Positions 35,227 to 43,526 of a stretch of DNA of 45,051 bases are shown here, piece by piece. A program made the position numbers and the translations under genes. The DNA is taken from positions 1-45,051 of the IMG/VR virus record IMGVR_UViG_3300047498_000060, one strand, 5' to 3'. Below the pieces are notes generated by a model. It was not told the DNA's origin. It saw only the letters and a list, made by a program, of their open reading frames with translations, and ran no database searches. Every line of letters starts with the position of its first letter. The first letter of the stretch is position 1. The stretch is from a virus.

Positions 35227-35244
35227 CGGTCTCCTCGGCTTGTT

Positions 35245-35670
35245 CTACAAGCTTCGCCTCTGGTTTGAAGAGAACACCTGGTACCGCTTGAGCGCCGCCT
35301 TCTCGCCGATACCGAGATGGTGCGAGAGGAACTCCGCCGGCCGCGCGAACACCTTGTCTCGGTCGGCCTTGACCTCGAGGGGCGGTGTCTTGAAGGGCCA
35401 GAAGTCGTCACGCAGCGACTTACAGACGTTGGCCCTGTAGGTGGCCGCACCGGCGCATTGAACGATGAAACTGCTGTTCTCGGGAGCCACGAGGGTGTGG
35501 CAGAGGACCGCGCCATCACCATGCGCGATGCTCACCCACTCCTCGGCCGTGTTGCCTCCCAGCCAGCCCGCGACTGCCACACGGGCCCACGGGCAGTCGG
35601 AGCACGGCTTCTTGTGCTGCTTGGTCGTGACGATGGCTTCGTCGTCGCTGACTACCAGACGCTTCTTCAT
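35245..35670 (-). CDS. DUF6283-like Cys/His protein
   Basis: KPCSDCPW...CH...CAG pattern. Confidence 0.65.
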   Translation of the reverse strand: MKKRLVVSDDEAIVTTKQHKKPCSDCPWARVAVAGWLGGNTAEEWVSIAHGDGAVLCHTLVAPENSSFIVQCAGAATYRANVCKSLRDDFWPFKTPPLEVKADRDKVFARPAEFLSHHLGIGEKAALKRYQVFSSNQRRSL

Positions 35671-36119
35671 CCTGTCTCGAACTCCACCGGCAGACCGATC
35701 TCTTTGTCGTTCACGTCGACCATGGGTAACTTCGATCCTCCTATGAATGGCACGCCACCGAACTGGATACGACTCACGACCCAGAAGAGGATGCCCCTCT
35801 TCGTAAGACCGTAACGCTTGCGCGTCGTGAGGTACTTCTTCACGGCACCGTTGGTGACAGTGTTGTTTTCACTCATCTGCGCCACCTCGCGGAGCACGAC
35901 GATCACCGAACCTGGGCACTCCTTGGCCTTCGACCCCGGCTTGGCGCCGGCTTCGATGTGATCGGGGTGCGAGGGGTCCGTGAGATGGCAGGACTGGTCT
36001 CCGCCACGGCGGAGCTGTCCCCAAATCCTCCGCAGGTTCGTCTTCGTGTAGAACGAGTGCTTGTGTTTCTTCCCCTGGTTCGCGAGGCGCCAGGGGCACT
36101 GCTCGCAAGGCTTGCTCAC
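35667..36119 (-). CDS. DUF6283-like Cys/His protein (paralogue of its neighbour)
   Basis: KPCEQCPWR...CH...CPG pattern. Confidence 0.65.
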   Translation of the reverse strand: MSKPCEQCPWRLANQGKKHKHSFYTKTNLRRIWGQLRRGGDQSCHLTDPSHPDHIEAGAKPGSKAKECPGSVIVVLREVAQMSENNTVTNGAVKKYLTTRKRYGLTKRGILFWVVSRIQFGGVPFIGGSKLPMVDVNDKEIGLPVEFETG

Positions 36120-36247
36120 CGCGCACTCGTAGAACGGCGCAGGTAGATCACCTCGGGCTCCTTCTTCTTCGCGGGCGTAGAAGGCGGCGGTGTGGGCTGG
36201 GTCTTGCGCACTCGCTCGAGGCGAGTCCTTCGTGTTCGTCGACTCAT
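36116..36247 (-). CDS. 43-aa Arg/Pro-rich protein
   Basis: Follows the leader motif; GTGA overlap with the next gene. Confidence 0.6.
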   Translation of the reverse strand: MSRRTRRTRLERVRKTQPTPPPSTPAKKKEPEVIYLRRSTSAR

Positions 36248-36255
36248 GTGTAAAA

Positions 36256-36271
36256 CCTCCACGAGTCTTGT
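36256..36271 (-). promoter_or_regulatory. ACAAG-N4-GTGGAGG leader motif
   Basis: acaagactcgtggagg. Confidence 0.65.
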
Positions 36272-36295
36272 CCCGTTTTTCGCACGAAACTGACA

Positions 36296-36329
36296 GCTAA
36301 GAAGAAGCCCCATGTGGGGCGTTCTTCCG
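36296..36329 (-). terminator. Hairpin plus TTCTTCTTAGC
   Basis: Minus strand gaagaacgccccacatggggcttcttcttagc. Confidence 0.75.
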
Positions 36330-36545
36330 TCAGTGAATCTCCTGCCCCGCCTTGTCGATGGCGAGCTCAAGCTCCTTCGCGAAGCCAGGGCGTGTCTTGA
36401 ACGCCTCATCAAGCGCGTCATTCATCCTCTTCGCCTCGGGGCCACAGAGTGCACACCAGTAGATGTACGCGCCCGGCTCAACGTCGGTAAAGTCCATCGT
36501 GTACTCAGGGTCTGCTGGCTCTCCGCAGTCTTTACACGTCTCCAT
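36330..36545 (-). CDS. Small zinc-finger protein
   Basis: CKDC...CALC; AAGGAG SD. Confidence 0.65.
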   Translation of the reverse strand: METCKDCGEPADPEYTMDFTDVEPGAYIYWCALCGPEAKRMNDALDEAFKTRPGFAKELELAIDKAGQEIH

Positions 36546-36747
36546 CAACGTCGCTCCTTACTGTGGAGGGATCCCACGCAAGCCATTGACGCTGTGTCTC
36601 GGTCCTAGCCGGGATCTTGCTCCAGATCCCGAGCCTAGTATCGACAATCCAATCGGCGACAATCCAGAAGCACTGGTTGCAGAACCAGCGGTCGAGGATG
36701 GGCTTGTTGGCGTGCGGAGCGCTACATCGCGCACAGAACCGCATCAC
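36532..36747 (-). CDS. Small zinc-finger protein
   Basis: CARC...CNQC. Confidence 0.55.
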   Translation of the reverse strand: MMRFCARCSAPHANKPILDRWFCNQCFWIVADWIVDTRLGIWSKIPARTETQRQWLAWDPSTVRSDVDGDV

Positions 36748-36953
36748 CTGAAGATCTTCGTCTCACCGACGAAGTTGTGCACGGTGCCGTCGAAGACGGT
36801 GCTCTTGGGCATGAGGTGGATGTTGTCTCGATCGAAGATGCCGGCCTTCGCGAGCTCCTCGTTCCGTCTCTCGGTCCCGAAGATCTCCTCCGCCGTCTCG
36901 CCCGACTTGAGCCGCTCTGTGATGGAGAGTGCCTTCCTACGCTTCTTGCCCAC
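36744..36953 (-). CDS. Hypothetical protein
   Basis: GGAGG SD; coupled ORF. Confidence 0.6.
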   Translation of the reverse strand: MGKKRRKALSITERLKSGETAEEIFGTERRNEELAKAGIFDRDNIHLMPKSTVFDGTVHNFVGETKIFR

Positions 36954-37392
36954 CAGCCGCCTCCTCTTCCTGCTTCTTCGTGAGGAGCCGTGCAGCCTCC
37001 TGCTCGGCGCTCTTCAGCGTCGCCTCGACGATGTTGAAGGCCTGGGCTGCAGCCAGAGCGCCCATCATGGCCACCCGCTGCCGGTCACCCAACAGCCGAT
37101 GGAGCGTGATGAGGCACATGCCCCACTTCTCTGAGATGATGCGGAGCGTCTTGTTCTCCTCGCGCAGGTCCTTGATGATCTGCAGGAGCTCGGCCTTCGA
37201 GAGATGCTCGGTGGGGTTAGCTGCAGCCAGGGCCTGGTCCACGCTCAGCTCGGGCGGAGAGGGCAAGGTCTTCAGGTCCTTGCGCGTGGGCACCTCACGG
37301 ACCTCGAGGGCCGTCTTGGCGAGCCCGACTCGCACCTCAAAGTCCTCCGGCGTCATCCCAGGCACCTTCGCTCCTTCGTCATCCTGCATCAT
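36937..37392 (-). CDS. Hypothetical helical protein
   Basis: Start MMQDDEG (ATGA overlap) after GGAGGAG. Confidence 0.7.
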   Translation of the reverse strand: MMQDDEGAKVPGMTPEDFEVRVGLAKTALEVREVPTRKDLKTLPSPPELSVDQALAAANPTEHLSKAELLQIIKDLREENKTLRIISEKWGMCLITLHRLLGDRQRVAMMGALAAAQAFNIVEATLKSAEQEAARLLTKKQEEEAAGGQEA

Positions 37393-37802
37393 GCTCCTCC
37401 GTTCTGCTTCCTGTAGGCTGCGTCCTCCTCGATGAGGATCTGCAGCCTCTTCACACCATAGCGCGCCTCGATGAGCTTGAAACACTCTTCGAGCGTGACG
37501 GTCACAGCTTCGGGGCCACAGAAGTCCGCCGGCACCGTGAACACCTTGGTGGTCTTGTCGTACTCAACGACCTCGAGCATGCGCCAGAACGGTCTCCGAG
37601 CACTGACGAGCTTTCCTTCCAGCTCAATCATCATGTATCGCATCTCGAGGTCTGCATAGTCGGCCAGGATGAGAACAGGTGGACGCAGAGCTTTGGCGAT
37701 CTCACGCCCTACTTCAGTGCGAAGCGGGATGTTCTGGATGGCGGGCTCGTTCGAGAAGAACCGCCCCGTCCGTGGCACGTTCCACTCTCTGCGGTGCGTC
37801 AC
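37389..37802 (-). CDS. 137-aa protein carrying a family A DNA polymerase fragment (motif 2 and motif A)
   Basis: TGRFFSNEPAIQNIPLRTEVGREIAKAL...LILADYADLEMR versus Pol I consensus TGRLSSxxPNLQNIPIRxxxGRxIRxAF...ADYSQIELR. Confidence 0.75.
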   Translation of the reverse strand: MTHRREWNVPRTGRFFSNEPAIQNIPLRTEVGREIAKALRPPVLILADYADLEMRYMMIELEGKLVSARRPFWRMLEVVEYDKTTKVFTVPADFCGPEAVTVTLEECFKLIEARYGVKRLQILIEEDAAYRKQNGGA

Positions 37803-38086
37803 GTCTTCTCGATCTCCGCAACAAGCTTCAACAGAACCTTCACCAGGTCCACGCCGAGCTCCGCCTTGATGGGCCTCCGCTCAGGCAGAATCTCATCACG
37901 CCTATCTCTGAGCCATGAGGCAAGGACCTTGCGCTCCTTGTCGTTGAACACCCCGAGAGGCGGGCAGTACACCGTGCCGCTGTGTGGCTCGTCCACGAAG
38001 GTCGAACAACACACGCGCATGTTGCCGCGCTTCTTGATCCTCTTCTGCGCCGCCTTGGGCATGTTGGCCTCGTCTAGAAGTGTCAT
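37799..38086 (-). CDS. Hypothetical protein
   Basis: Start MTLLDE (ATGA overlap). Confidence 0.65.
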   Translation of the reverse strand: MTLLDEANMPKAAQKRIKKRGNMRVCCSTFVDEPHSGTVYCPPLGVFNDKERKVLASWLRDRRDEILPERRPIKAELGVDLVKVLLKLVAEIEKT

Positions 38087-38328
38087 CCCGTCTTCCTTCT
38101 GAGCTGCCTCATCGGGAAGCGCGCGTTCATGGTCTTCACGACCATCTCGAACTTCTTGGGCGTCAGCTCGACGAGCATCATCTTGTCCGTCGGCGCGATG
38201 AGCCAGGACTCGCTGTTGAAGTGGTCGACCTTCTGATAGTCGTCCGTGTACATCGCCTGAATGAGCACGCACATCGGACGCAGCTGCTCTACGTCGAACA
38301 CAAGACGAACCGGCTTAGGGCTGGGCAT
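38083..38328 (-). CDS. Hypothetical protein
   Basis: Start MPSPKP after the leader motif. Confidence 0.7.
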   Translation of the reverse strand: MPSPKPVRLVFDVEQLRPMCVLIQAMYTDDYQKVDHFNSESWLIAPTDKMMLVELTPKKFEMVVKTMNARFPMRQLRRKTG

Positions 38329-38334
38329 GTGAAA

Positions 38335-38350
38335 CCTCCACGATCCTTGT
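38335..38350 (-). promoter_or_regulatory. ACAAG-N4-GTGGAGG leader motif
   Basis: acaaggatcgtggagg. Confidence 0.65.
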
Positions 38351-38377
38351 CCCCGGACGGTGGAGGGAGTTGAAGAG

Positions 38378-38572
38378 CTAGTTCGGCGCGTCCTCGACCT
38401 CGCACACTGGGTCCTCGAAGTCGCCGTAGAGCGCGAACTCCTCGCCACACATGGGGCACGAGAACAAGAGCGTGAGCTTGCCCGCTGCGTTGCTGTTCTC
38501 CGTCTCGGCGTGCAGATCCTGGGGCGGCTTCCACCCGCAGGTGCAAACGAGCTCAGCGCTGTCTTCGCTCAT
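38378..38572 (-). CDS. Small acidic zinc-ribbon protein
   Basis: CTCG...CPMCG; ATGA overlap. Confidence 0.6.
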   Translation of the reverse strand: MSEDSAELVCTCGWKPPQDLHAETENSNAAGKLTLLFSCPMCGEEFALYGDFEDPVCEVEDAPN

Positions 38573-38784
38573 GTCTGTGTCTTCGGTGCACTCTCGATGC
38601 GGATGAGCGCCCTCCGGTCGAACTCCCCGGTGCTGGTCACACTGGAGAACTCGCCGTAGTTGCTGTGATCGAGGAACCAGATGCACGAGACGGTCGGCGC
38701 TGGTTCCGCGATGCGGTTGACCGTCATCTTGGGGCCGCCGCTCTTCAGTCGAACAACATCACCCACTCGGATCTTCTTGGCCAT
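38569..38784 (-). CDS. YodC / DUF2158 family protein
   Basis: VGDVVRLKSGGPKMTV...CIWF. Confidence 0.85.
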   Translation of the reverse strand: MAKKIRVGDVVRLKSGGPKMTVNRIAEPAPTVSCIWFLDHSNYGEFSSVTSTGEFDRRALIRIESAPKTQT

Positions 38785-38807
38785 GTTGTTCTTCTACGTC
38801 ACAAGCC

Positions 38808-41800
38808 CTACTTGTTCAAGTAGCTCGTGGGCTGCCCGTACGTGCCCGGTACTTCAGGCTGCGCGCCTCCGAGTGTCTCGTTCGCGAGGTTCGCTGGGTA
38901 CTCAGGGTCTGCCGAGACCGAAGTGCTCTGGATGACACCGTTCTGCTGCTCGGGGCGGTTCACCTTGCTCACGGGCAGGTCGTTCATCGCCACCGCGCGC
39001 GCGGCCTCTTGCATCGCTCCCGAGTAGCTCGAGCCGTCCATGGTGAGGCCGAAGAAGGTCACGAAGTCACCGGAGAGCAGGATGTCGACCGCTCGGTCGC
39101 TGCCCTGGTTCGTGTAGCTCGCGATGAGCGTGTCGATGACGCTCACCACCTCGACGTCGTATTCGGCCAGCGTAGTGTCGATGGCCTGGGCTGCAGGCAA
39201 GTTCATCGCCTTGGCCTGAGCTCCCTGCAGGAAGGACCAAAGCTTGTTCACCGCGGCTGTCGCAGTACCCACCTGGGCCGCTGTCGGGTTGTCACTCGTG
39301 AGCAGCGGATTGATGACCGCGTTCATGTTGGTGAAGTAGAGCGGCTGCTGTGTGACGCCGTTGAGCCACGCCTGCATGAGCCCCTGCACGAGGGTGTAGT
39401 CGTTGACGATGCCGACACGAAGCCGCGCGAAGGGCACGGGCTGAGGAGTGAACGTCCACGTTGTTCCGTCGACAATCTCGGGGGAGATCTCGATGACCCT
39501 GATGCCAGGGATGACCTGCTCAATCTCGTAGCTCACGGTCGGGCTGTTGTACTGCGTGGCGTACGTCTCCATGATGTCGCCCGAGTTGAGCCCATTCGGG
39601 ATGGCAGGGAGTTGGAACCATGGCGTGGTGCCGAGCTGCGTGACACTGGAGTAGAACGCGCACGAAGTATCGACAGGTCCGCCGATGGTCCCATTCGCCA
39701 CAACGACGTCACCGACGGTGAGCAGGTGGTCGGTCGCCGCGTCTCCGTTGATGGTCTGGATGATGTAGCAAGCAGAAGAGCCCGAACTCGTGTTCTGCGT
39801 GTCGAGCGTGTCTCCCACCGAGATGCTACCGTCTTGCGTGATGCCTGTGACCGTCCACGTGATGGTGGTGCTTAGGAACGTCGCGGTTCCCGTTGTAGTG
39901 CCGAGCAAGTCCGCGGCGAGGAAGAACAAGGGCGCAGCGTTCCCGCCTACGAAGACTTCTGAGGCCGTGGTTGTGTCGAGCGAGGCAAGAGTGAGAGAAC
40001 GCTTGCCGTAGCTGATGGTGAAGGTCGCAGGCACGGAGCCTGTCGCGGGGGACGAGAGCGAGGACTGCAGCGTCACATCGAGAGGCGTGAGACCTGTGCC
40101 GCCCTGGCTCGCCACGAGGTAGAGCCCTTGATTGACGTTCGGGCCCTGCACCGTGATGCAGTCGTACTTCGAGAGCGTGAGTGTGGGTCCGAACTGAACG
40201 TCTACATTCGTGGCAGAGTCACTGCCAACAGGAGAGCCACTACCGAGAGTACCCACCACAACATCACCGGCCACAAGCTGATGACCCGTGACGTCAGATT
40301 CTCCATTGATCTTCGAGATGACATAGTAACTCCCTGGCGTGGGGCCGCTGCGCACGGCCATCGTGTCCCCGGTGTGGATGAGGCCGCCGGTCACAATCCC
40401 CGTCACCGTGTACGTGAGGTCTGTGCCTGGACCCACGAACATCTGGCTGCCTGAAGACTCAGCCTCAGTGATGACCATCGTCGTCGAGCTCGTAGTGCTT
40501 CCTTCTGCCGAGCCCACGTAGAGCGAAGAGATGTACGTGCCAGCCTCTACAAGCGAGGTGTTTGCGTTGATGTAGCTCGCCACAATATCCGGTGTTGTAG
40601 GCGAACAACTCATCGTCATGCCCGAGATGAAGCCGAGCATCTGAAGAGCGCCTGCGCTTGCGACGTCATCAGCGTAGACCGTGATGCTTGTTCCGGCTGC
40701 CACTTGGCTGCTTGGATCAACGCAGACGATCTTGAGCTTGCGATTCACGGGGCCAATCTGAACAGCTACGGTCATCGAGATGGGGCCCGCGGTCGTTGTC
40801 GTAACAAACGCGCCCGAAGAGTCCACGGCTGCGATGCTGTAGAAGCTGCCGTTGTATTCGACGGTGTCCCCTGGGCGCACACCAAGCGCGAAGAGGTTTG
40901 CGATGTACGCAGGCGGCGAGCCGTACGAGGGCACCGTCCAGGTTGTTCCTGCTCCATCGGTGATGAGCTTGCCGCTGTACTTGAGCGGAGAGTAGTAGCC
41001 CTGTGCTTGTACTTGTCCTGTGGGGATGACCGCGTTGATGTCGGCCGCTACTTGGTCTGCCGTGCGAGCAACCGCGGGAGGACCCACCGTGCTGAGTGTA
41101 AGAGGGCACGCGTACGCTGTGCCGTCGATCTTCATCTTGAAGATGTTGTTCTCGGGAGCTGCGGCGGGCACTGTCCCATCCCCCACGAAGAAGCTCAGGT
41201 CACTGCCCTGCCCATCGAGCTCGGCGATGACCGAGGGCGGCAGAGTGATGGGCACGGTCGTGTCTCCATCGAGCACGAGCAGAAGAAGGTCGGTAAGGCC
41301 TGTGATGATGGTCATCGCCCCGGTCTGATCACCCACAGCCATCGCAGGCGTCGCCAGATGCTGAGCGTCGCTGTACGGCATACCAATCCCAGCGAGCGTG
41401 TAGTAGTCGCTCGCCTGATTCAGCGTCCCGAACGTGTCGACCGCGGTCTTCGAGGCGATGAGGTTCAGCACCACCTGCCGCACCTCCGTCAAACGAGCCG
41501 TGGGGCTCAAGCTGTTGAGCAGCTTCGCAGAAGAACCGATGAGGGCCGCGGCGCTCGAGAGCACGCTCTCCGACACGATGGCCGGCAAGCTGATGCTGTT
41601 GTAGTTGTCCACGCCCTTCACGATGAGCGTGACCGAAGCCACGAGCGCTTCGTGTGCCTGTTGCAGCTGCGTTATGAGCCCTGGGATGGCAGCCTTCGCC
41701 TGCTGAGGCGTCTGCACGATCTGCCCGTTGCTCTTCACGTTCTGGCCTGGCCCGTTCAGGAACGTCTGAACGTTGGTGCTGAACTGCTGGTACGCGGGAG

Positions 41801-42191
41801 CATTGGAGACCTTGCCGATGGCGCTTGTCCTATTCGCCGCAGCAGCCGCGAGGTTCTGAAGCGCCGTCTGCGCGTTGAACAACGGCGACACATCCGAGAC
41901 CGGTGTGACCCTCATCCCCGTAGCCGCGATGGCAGCCAAAAGCTGCTGTATGATGGTGGCTTCGGCAGTCACCTGATCACGGATGCGCTGCACCCCCAGC
42001 CAGAGCACGTAGAAGGGTGCGTTCGGGTACAAAACGAACAGCCCCGCAGCTGTCTGCTGAAACTGGTTGAACGTCAGGTCGGATCGTCTTACCCCGAGCG
42101 TATCAAGAGGGGTGGTGATGCTCGAAAGGACGAGCTGCTGGACGACGGCGTTGATCTCGTCCGAGGTGTAGCCGGTGCTGGGCTGGGTCAT
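38808..42191 (-). CDS. Large putative virion (baseplate/tail-associated) protein, ~1127 aa
   Basis: Start MTQPSTG (ATGA overlap, AGGAG SD); helical ends, Thr/Gly/Val-rich centre, TADQVAADIN motif also seen in the wedge protein; internal ~70-aa duplication. Confidence 0.6.
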   Translation of the reverse strand: MTQPSTGYTSDEINAVVQQLVLSSITTPLDTLGVRRSDLTFNQFQQTAAGLFVLYPNAPFYVLWLGVQRIRDQVTAEATIIQQLLAAIAATGMRVTPVSDVSPLFNAQTALQNLAAAAANRTSAIGKVSNAPAYQQFSTNVQTFLNGPGQNVKSNGQIVQTPQQAKAAIPGLITQLQQAHEALVASVTLIVKGVDNYNSISLPAIVSESVLSSAAALIGSSAKLLNSLSPTARLTEVRQVVLNLIASKTAVDTFGTLNQASDYYTLAGIGMPYSDAQHLATPAMAVGDQTGAMTIITGLTDLLLLVLDGDTTVPITLPPSVIAELDGQGSDLSFFVGDGTVPAAAPENNIFKMKIDGTAYACPLTLSTVGPPAVARTADQVAADINAVIPTGQVQAQGYYSPLKYSGKLITDGAGTTWTVPSYGSPPAYIANLFALGVRPGDTVEYNGSFYSIAAVDSSGAFVTTTTAGPISMTVAVQIGPVNRKLKIVCVDPSSQVAAGTSITVYADDVASAGALQMLGFISGMTMSCSPTTPDIVASYINANTSLVEAGTYISSLYVGSAEGSTTSSTTMVITEAESSGSQMFVGPGTDLTYTVTGIVTGGLIHTGDTMAVRSGPTPGSYYVISKINGESDVTGHQLVAGDVVVGTLGSGSPVGSDSATNVDVQFGPTLTLSKYDCITVQGPNVNQGLYLVASQGGTGLTPLDVTLQSSLSSPATGSVPATFTISYGKRSLTLASLDTTTASEVFVGGNAAPLFFLAADLLGTTTGTATFLSTTITWTVTGITQDGSISVGDTLDTQNTSSGSSACYIIQTINGDAATDHLLTVGDVVVANGTIGGPVDTSCAFYSSVTQLGTTPWFQLPAIPNGLNSGDIMETYATQYNSPTVSYEIEQVIPGIRVIEISPEIVDGTTWTFTPQPVPFARLRVGIVNDYTLVQGLMQAWLNGVTQQPLYFTNMNAVINPLLTSDNPTAAQVGTATAAVNKLWSFLQGAQAKAMNLPAAQAIDTTLAEYDVEVVSVIDTLIASYTNQGSDRAVDILLSGDFVTFFGLTMDGSSYSGAMQEAARAVAMNDLPVSKVNRPEQQNGVIQSTSVSADPEYPANLANETLGGAQPEVPGTYGQPTSYLNK

Positions 42192-42424
42192 GATGCTTTC
42201 TCCTCGCACGCGCAGGTACTGTCTGGTCCACCTGGGATGATGCCTGCAGCCGCCTTCACTCGACAGGCCGCGCATGCAGGACGGAACACGAGACCCTTCT
42301 CACAAGAGTCGCACTCGAAGGGGCCGTCAGGCAGCTTGGGGTCGAGAGCGCCTACCCAGAAGTGCCAGGCGCACCTGTGGCACTGTACTTGTACGGTTCC
42401 GTGCGGTCGGATGTCATCCTTCAT
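42188..42424 (-). CDS. Cys-rich zinc-binding protein
   Basis: CHRC, CDSC, CAAC; ATGA overlaps. Confidence 0.6.
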   Translation of the reverse strand: MKDDIRPHGTVQVQCHRCAWHFWVGALDPKLPDGPFECDSCEKGLVFRPACAACRVKAAAGIIPGGPDSTCACEEKAS

Positions 42425-42555
42425 CGCCGGAGCTCCTCTTGCTGTCTGATGAAGCGACGGAGCAGCCAGATGCGCAGGTGGACCGCGCCAGCGCCCGCGA
42501 TGAAGCAGACGATGCTCGTGATGAGCGTGTGCCATCTGTCGAGGTCTTCGGTCAT
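42421..42555 (-). CDS. 44-aa single-pass membrane protein
   Basis: LITSIVCFIAGAGAVHLRIWLL; TACGAT -10-like box 6 nt upstream, no SD. Confidence 0.55.
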   Translation of the reverse strand: MTEDLDRWHTLITSIVCFIAGAGAVHLRIWLLRRFIRQQEELRR

Positions 42556-42573
42556 GGCCGCATCGTACAAGGG

Positions 42574-42616
42574 GCTAAGAAGAAGCGCCACGTCCCTTGT
42601 AGGACGCAGCGCCTCT
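42574..42616 (-). terminator. Hairpin plus TTCTTCTTAGC
   Basis: Minus strand gaggcgctgcgtcctacaagggacgtggcgcttcttcttagc. Confidence 0.7.
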
Positions 42617-43276
42617 TTACTTTGTGACGCCCGCTTTACGTGTTGCCCATGCCTTAGCAGCACGCGCGCTGCGCTGCTCGGAGGTAAGATGCGCCGCCTT
42701 CTTGCTGTGGTTTGCGCAGAGCGGTTGTTTCACGCTGGTCATAGTTGCCGGCTTACCGCACCGCAAGCACTGCTGCTTCGGCCTCTTCCTACGCGCCTCG
42801 CGTAGTGCACGCAAACAAGTTCTATCGCCGCATGTTGGCTTGGTGCCCTTGGAGCGCGCTTGATTAGAGCTGACACGTGTCGAAGGCCTACCGCACACGA
42901 CGCAAGGCAGAAGCAGATACTTCCTGTTGCTGTGCTCAAAGCAATAGGCTTTCGTACCCACGGCAATCGCATTGCGTGCTGACGCGGGAGTGGGTGCCTT
43001 TCCGCACGTAGCGCACGCAAGCTGCTCAGGTATAGGCTCTGCATCGAACTCGATGTCAGCACGAGCAAGGAGGCCGAGCTGCAGCTTAGAAAGGTCCTCC
43101 TCGCCGACAACGTTCCCCTCCGCGTCTGTGACCTTGATCTTACGTGGCCGTGCGCTTCGCATACGAGCCGCGGCGATGCCGGCAATAACTAGCTTCTTGC
43201 GACGGGTCAGTGCCTGGGCCTCGGCAATACACATCGTCTCTCCCACGATCGTTATGATGTGTTGCTCATCGTCCAC
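42617..43276 (-). CDS. Basic multi-zinc-finger putative DNA-binding protein
   Basis: Three CxxCG(K/R)P...C-x2-4-(H/C) units; C-terminal EQRSARAAKAWATRK. Confidence 0.7.
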   Translation of the reverse strand: MDDEQHIITIVGETMCIAEAQALTRRKKLVIAGIAAARMRSARPRKIKVTDAEGNVVGEEDLSKLQLGLLARADIEFDAEPIPEQLACATCGKAPTPASARNAIAVGTKAYCFEHSNRKYLLLPCVVCGRPSTRVSSNQARSKGTKPTCGDRTCLRALREARRKRPKQQCLRCGKPATMTSVKQPLCANHSKKAAHLTSEQRSARAAKAWATRKAGVTK

Positions 43277-43283
43277 AGAAACA

Positions 43284-43299
43284 CCTCCGTTGTTCTTGC
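43284..43299 (-). promoter_or_regulatory. Degenerate CAAG-N4-NNGGAGG leader motif
   Basis: gcaagaacaacggagg before a GTG start. Confidence 0.5.
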
Positions 43300-43337
43300 C
43301 TCCGAAAACACCAGTGCTTCTTCCAGTACTGCACGAC

Positions 43338-43526
43338 CTACTCGCCCTCGCGCTTCACGCGTGCACGCTCCTGGCCGAGCAACGCGTTGACCTCGCAGCG
43401 TAAGGCGTAGATACGCCTGCGCTGCTCCAGCTTGAGCGGCGACTTCTCCGTGGGCGGTGCTAGCGCCTCCTCGAGCGCGAAGAGCGCCTTTGACGCTGCC
43501 TCGAACTCCTTCTCGGGAACGGGCAT
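43338..43526 (-). CDS. Hypothetical protein
   Basis: AAGGAG SD. Confidence 0.65.
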   Translation of the reverse strand: MPVPEKEFEAASKALFALEEALAPPTEKSPLKLEQRRRIYALRCEVNALLGQERARVKREGE

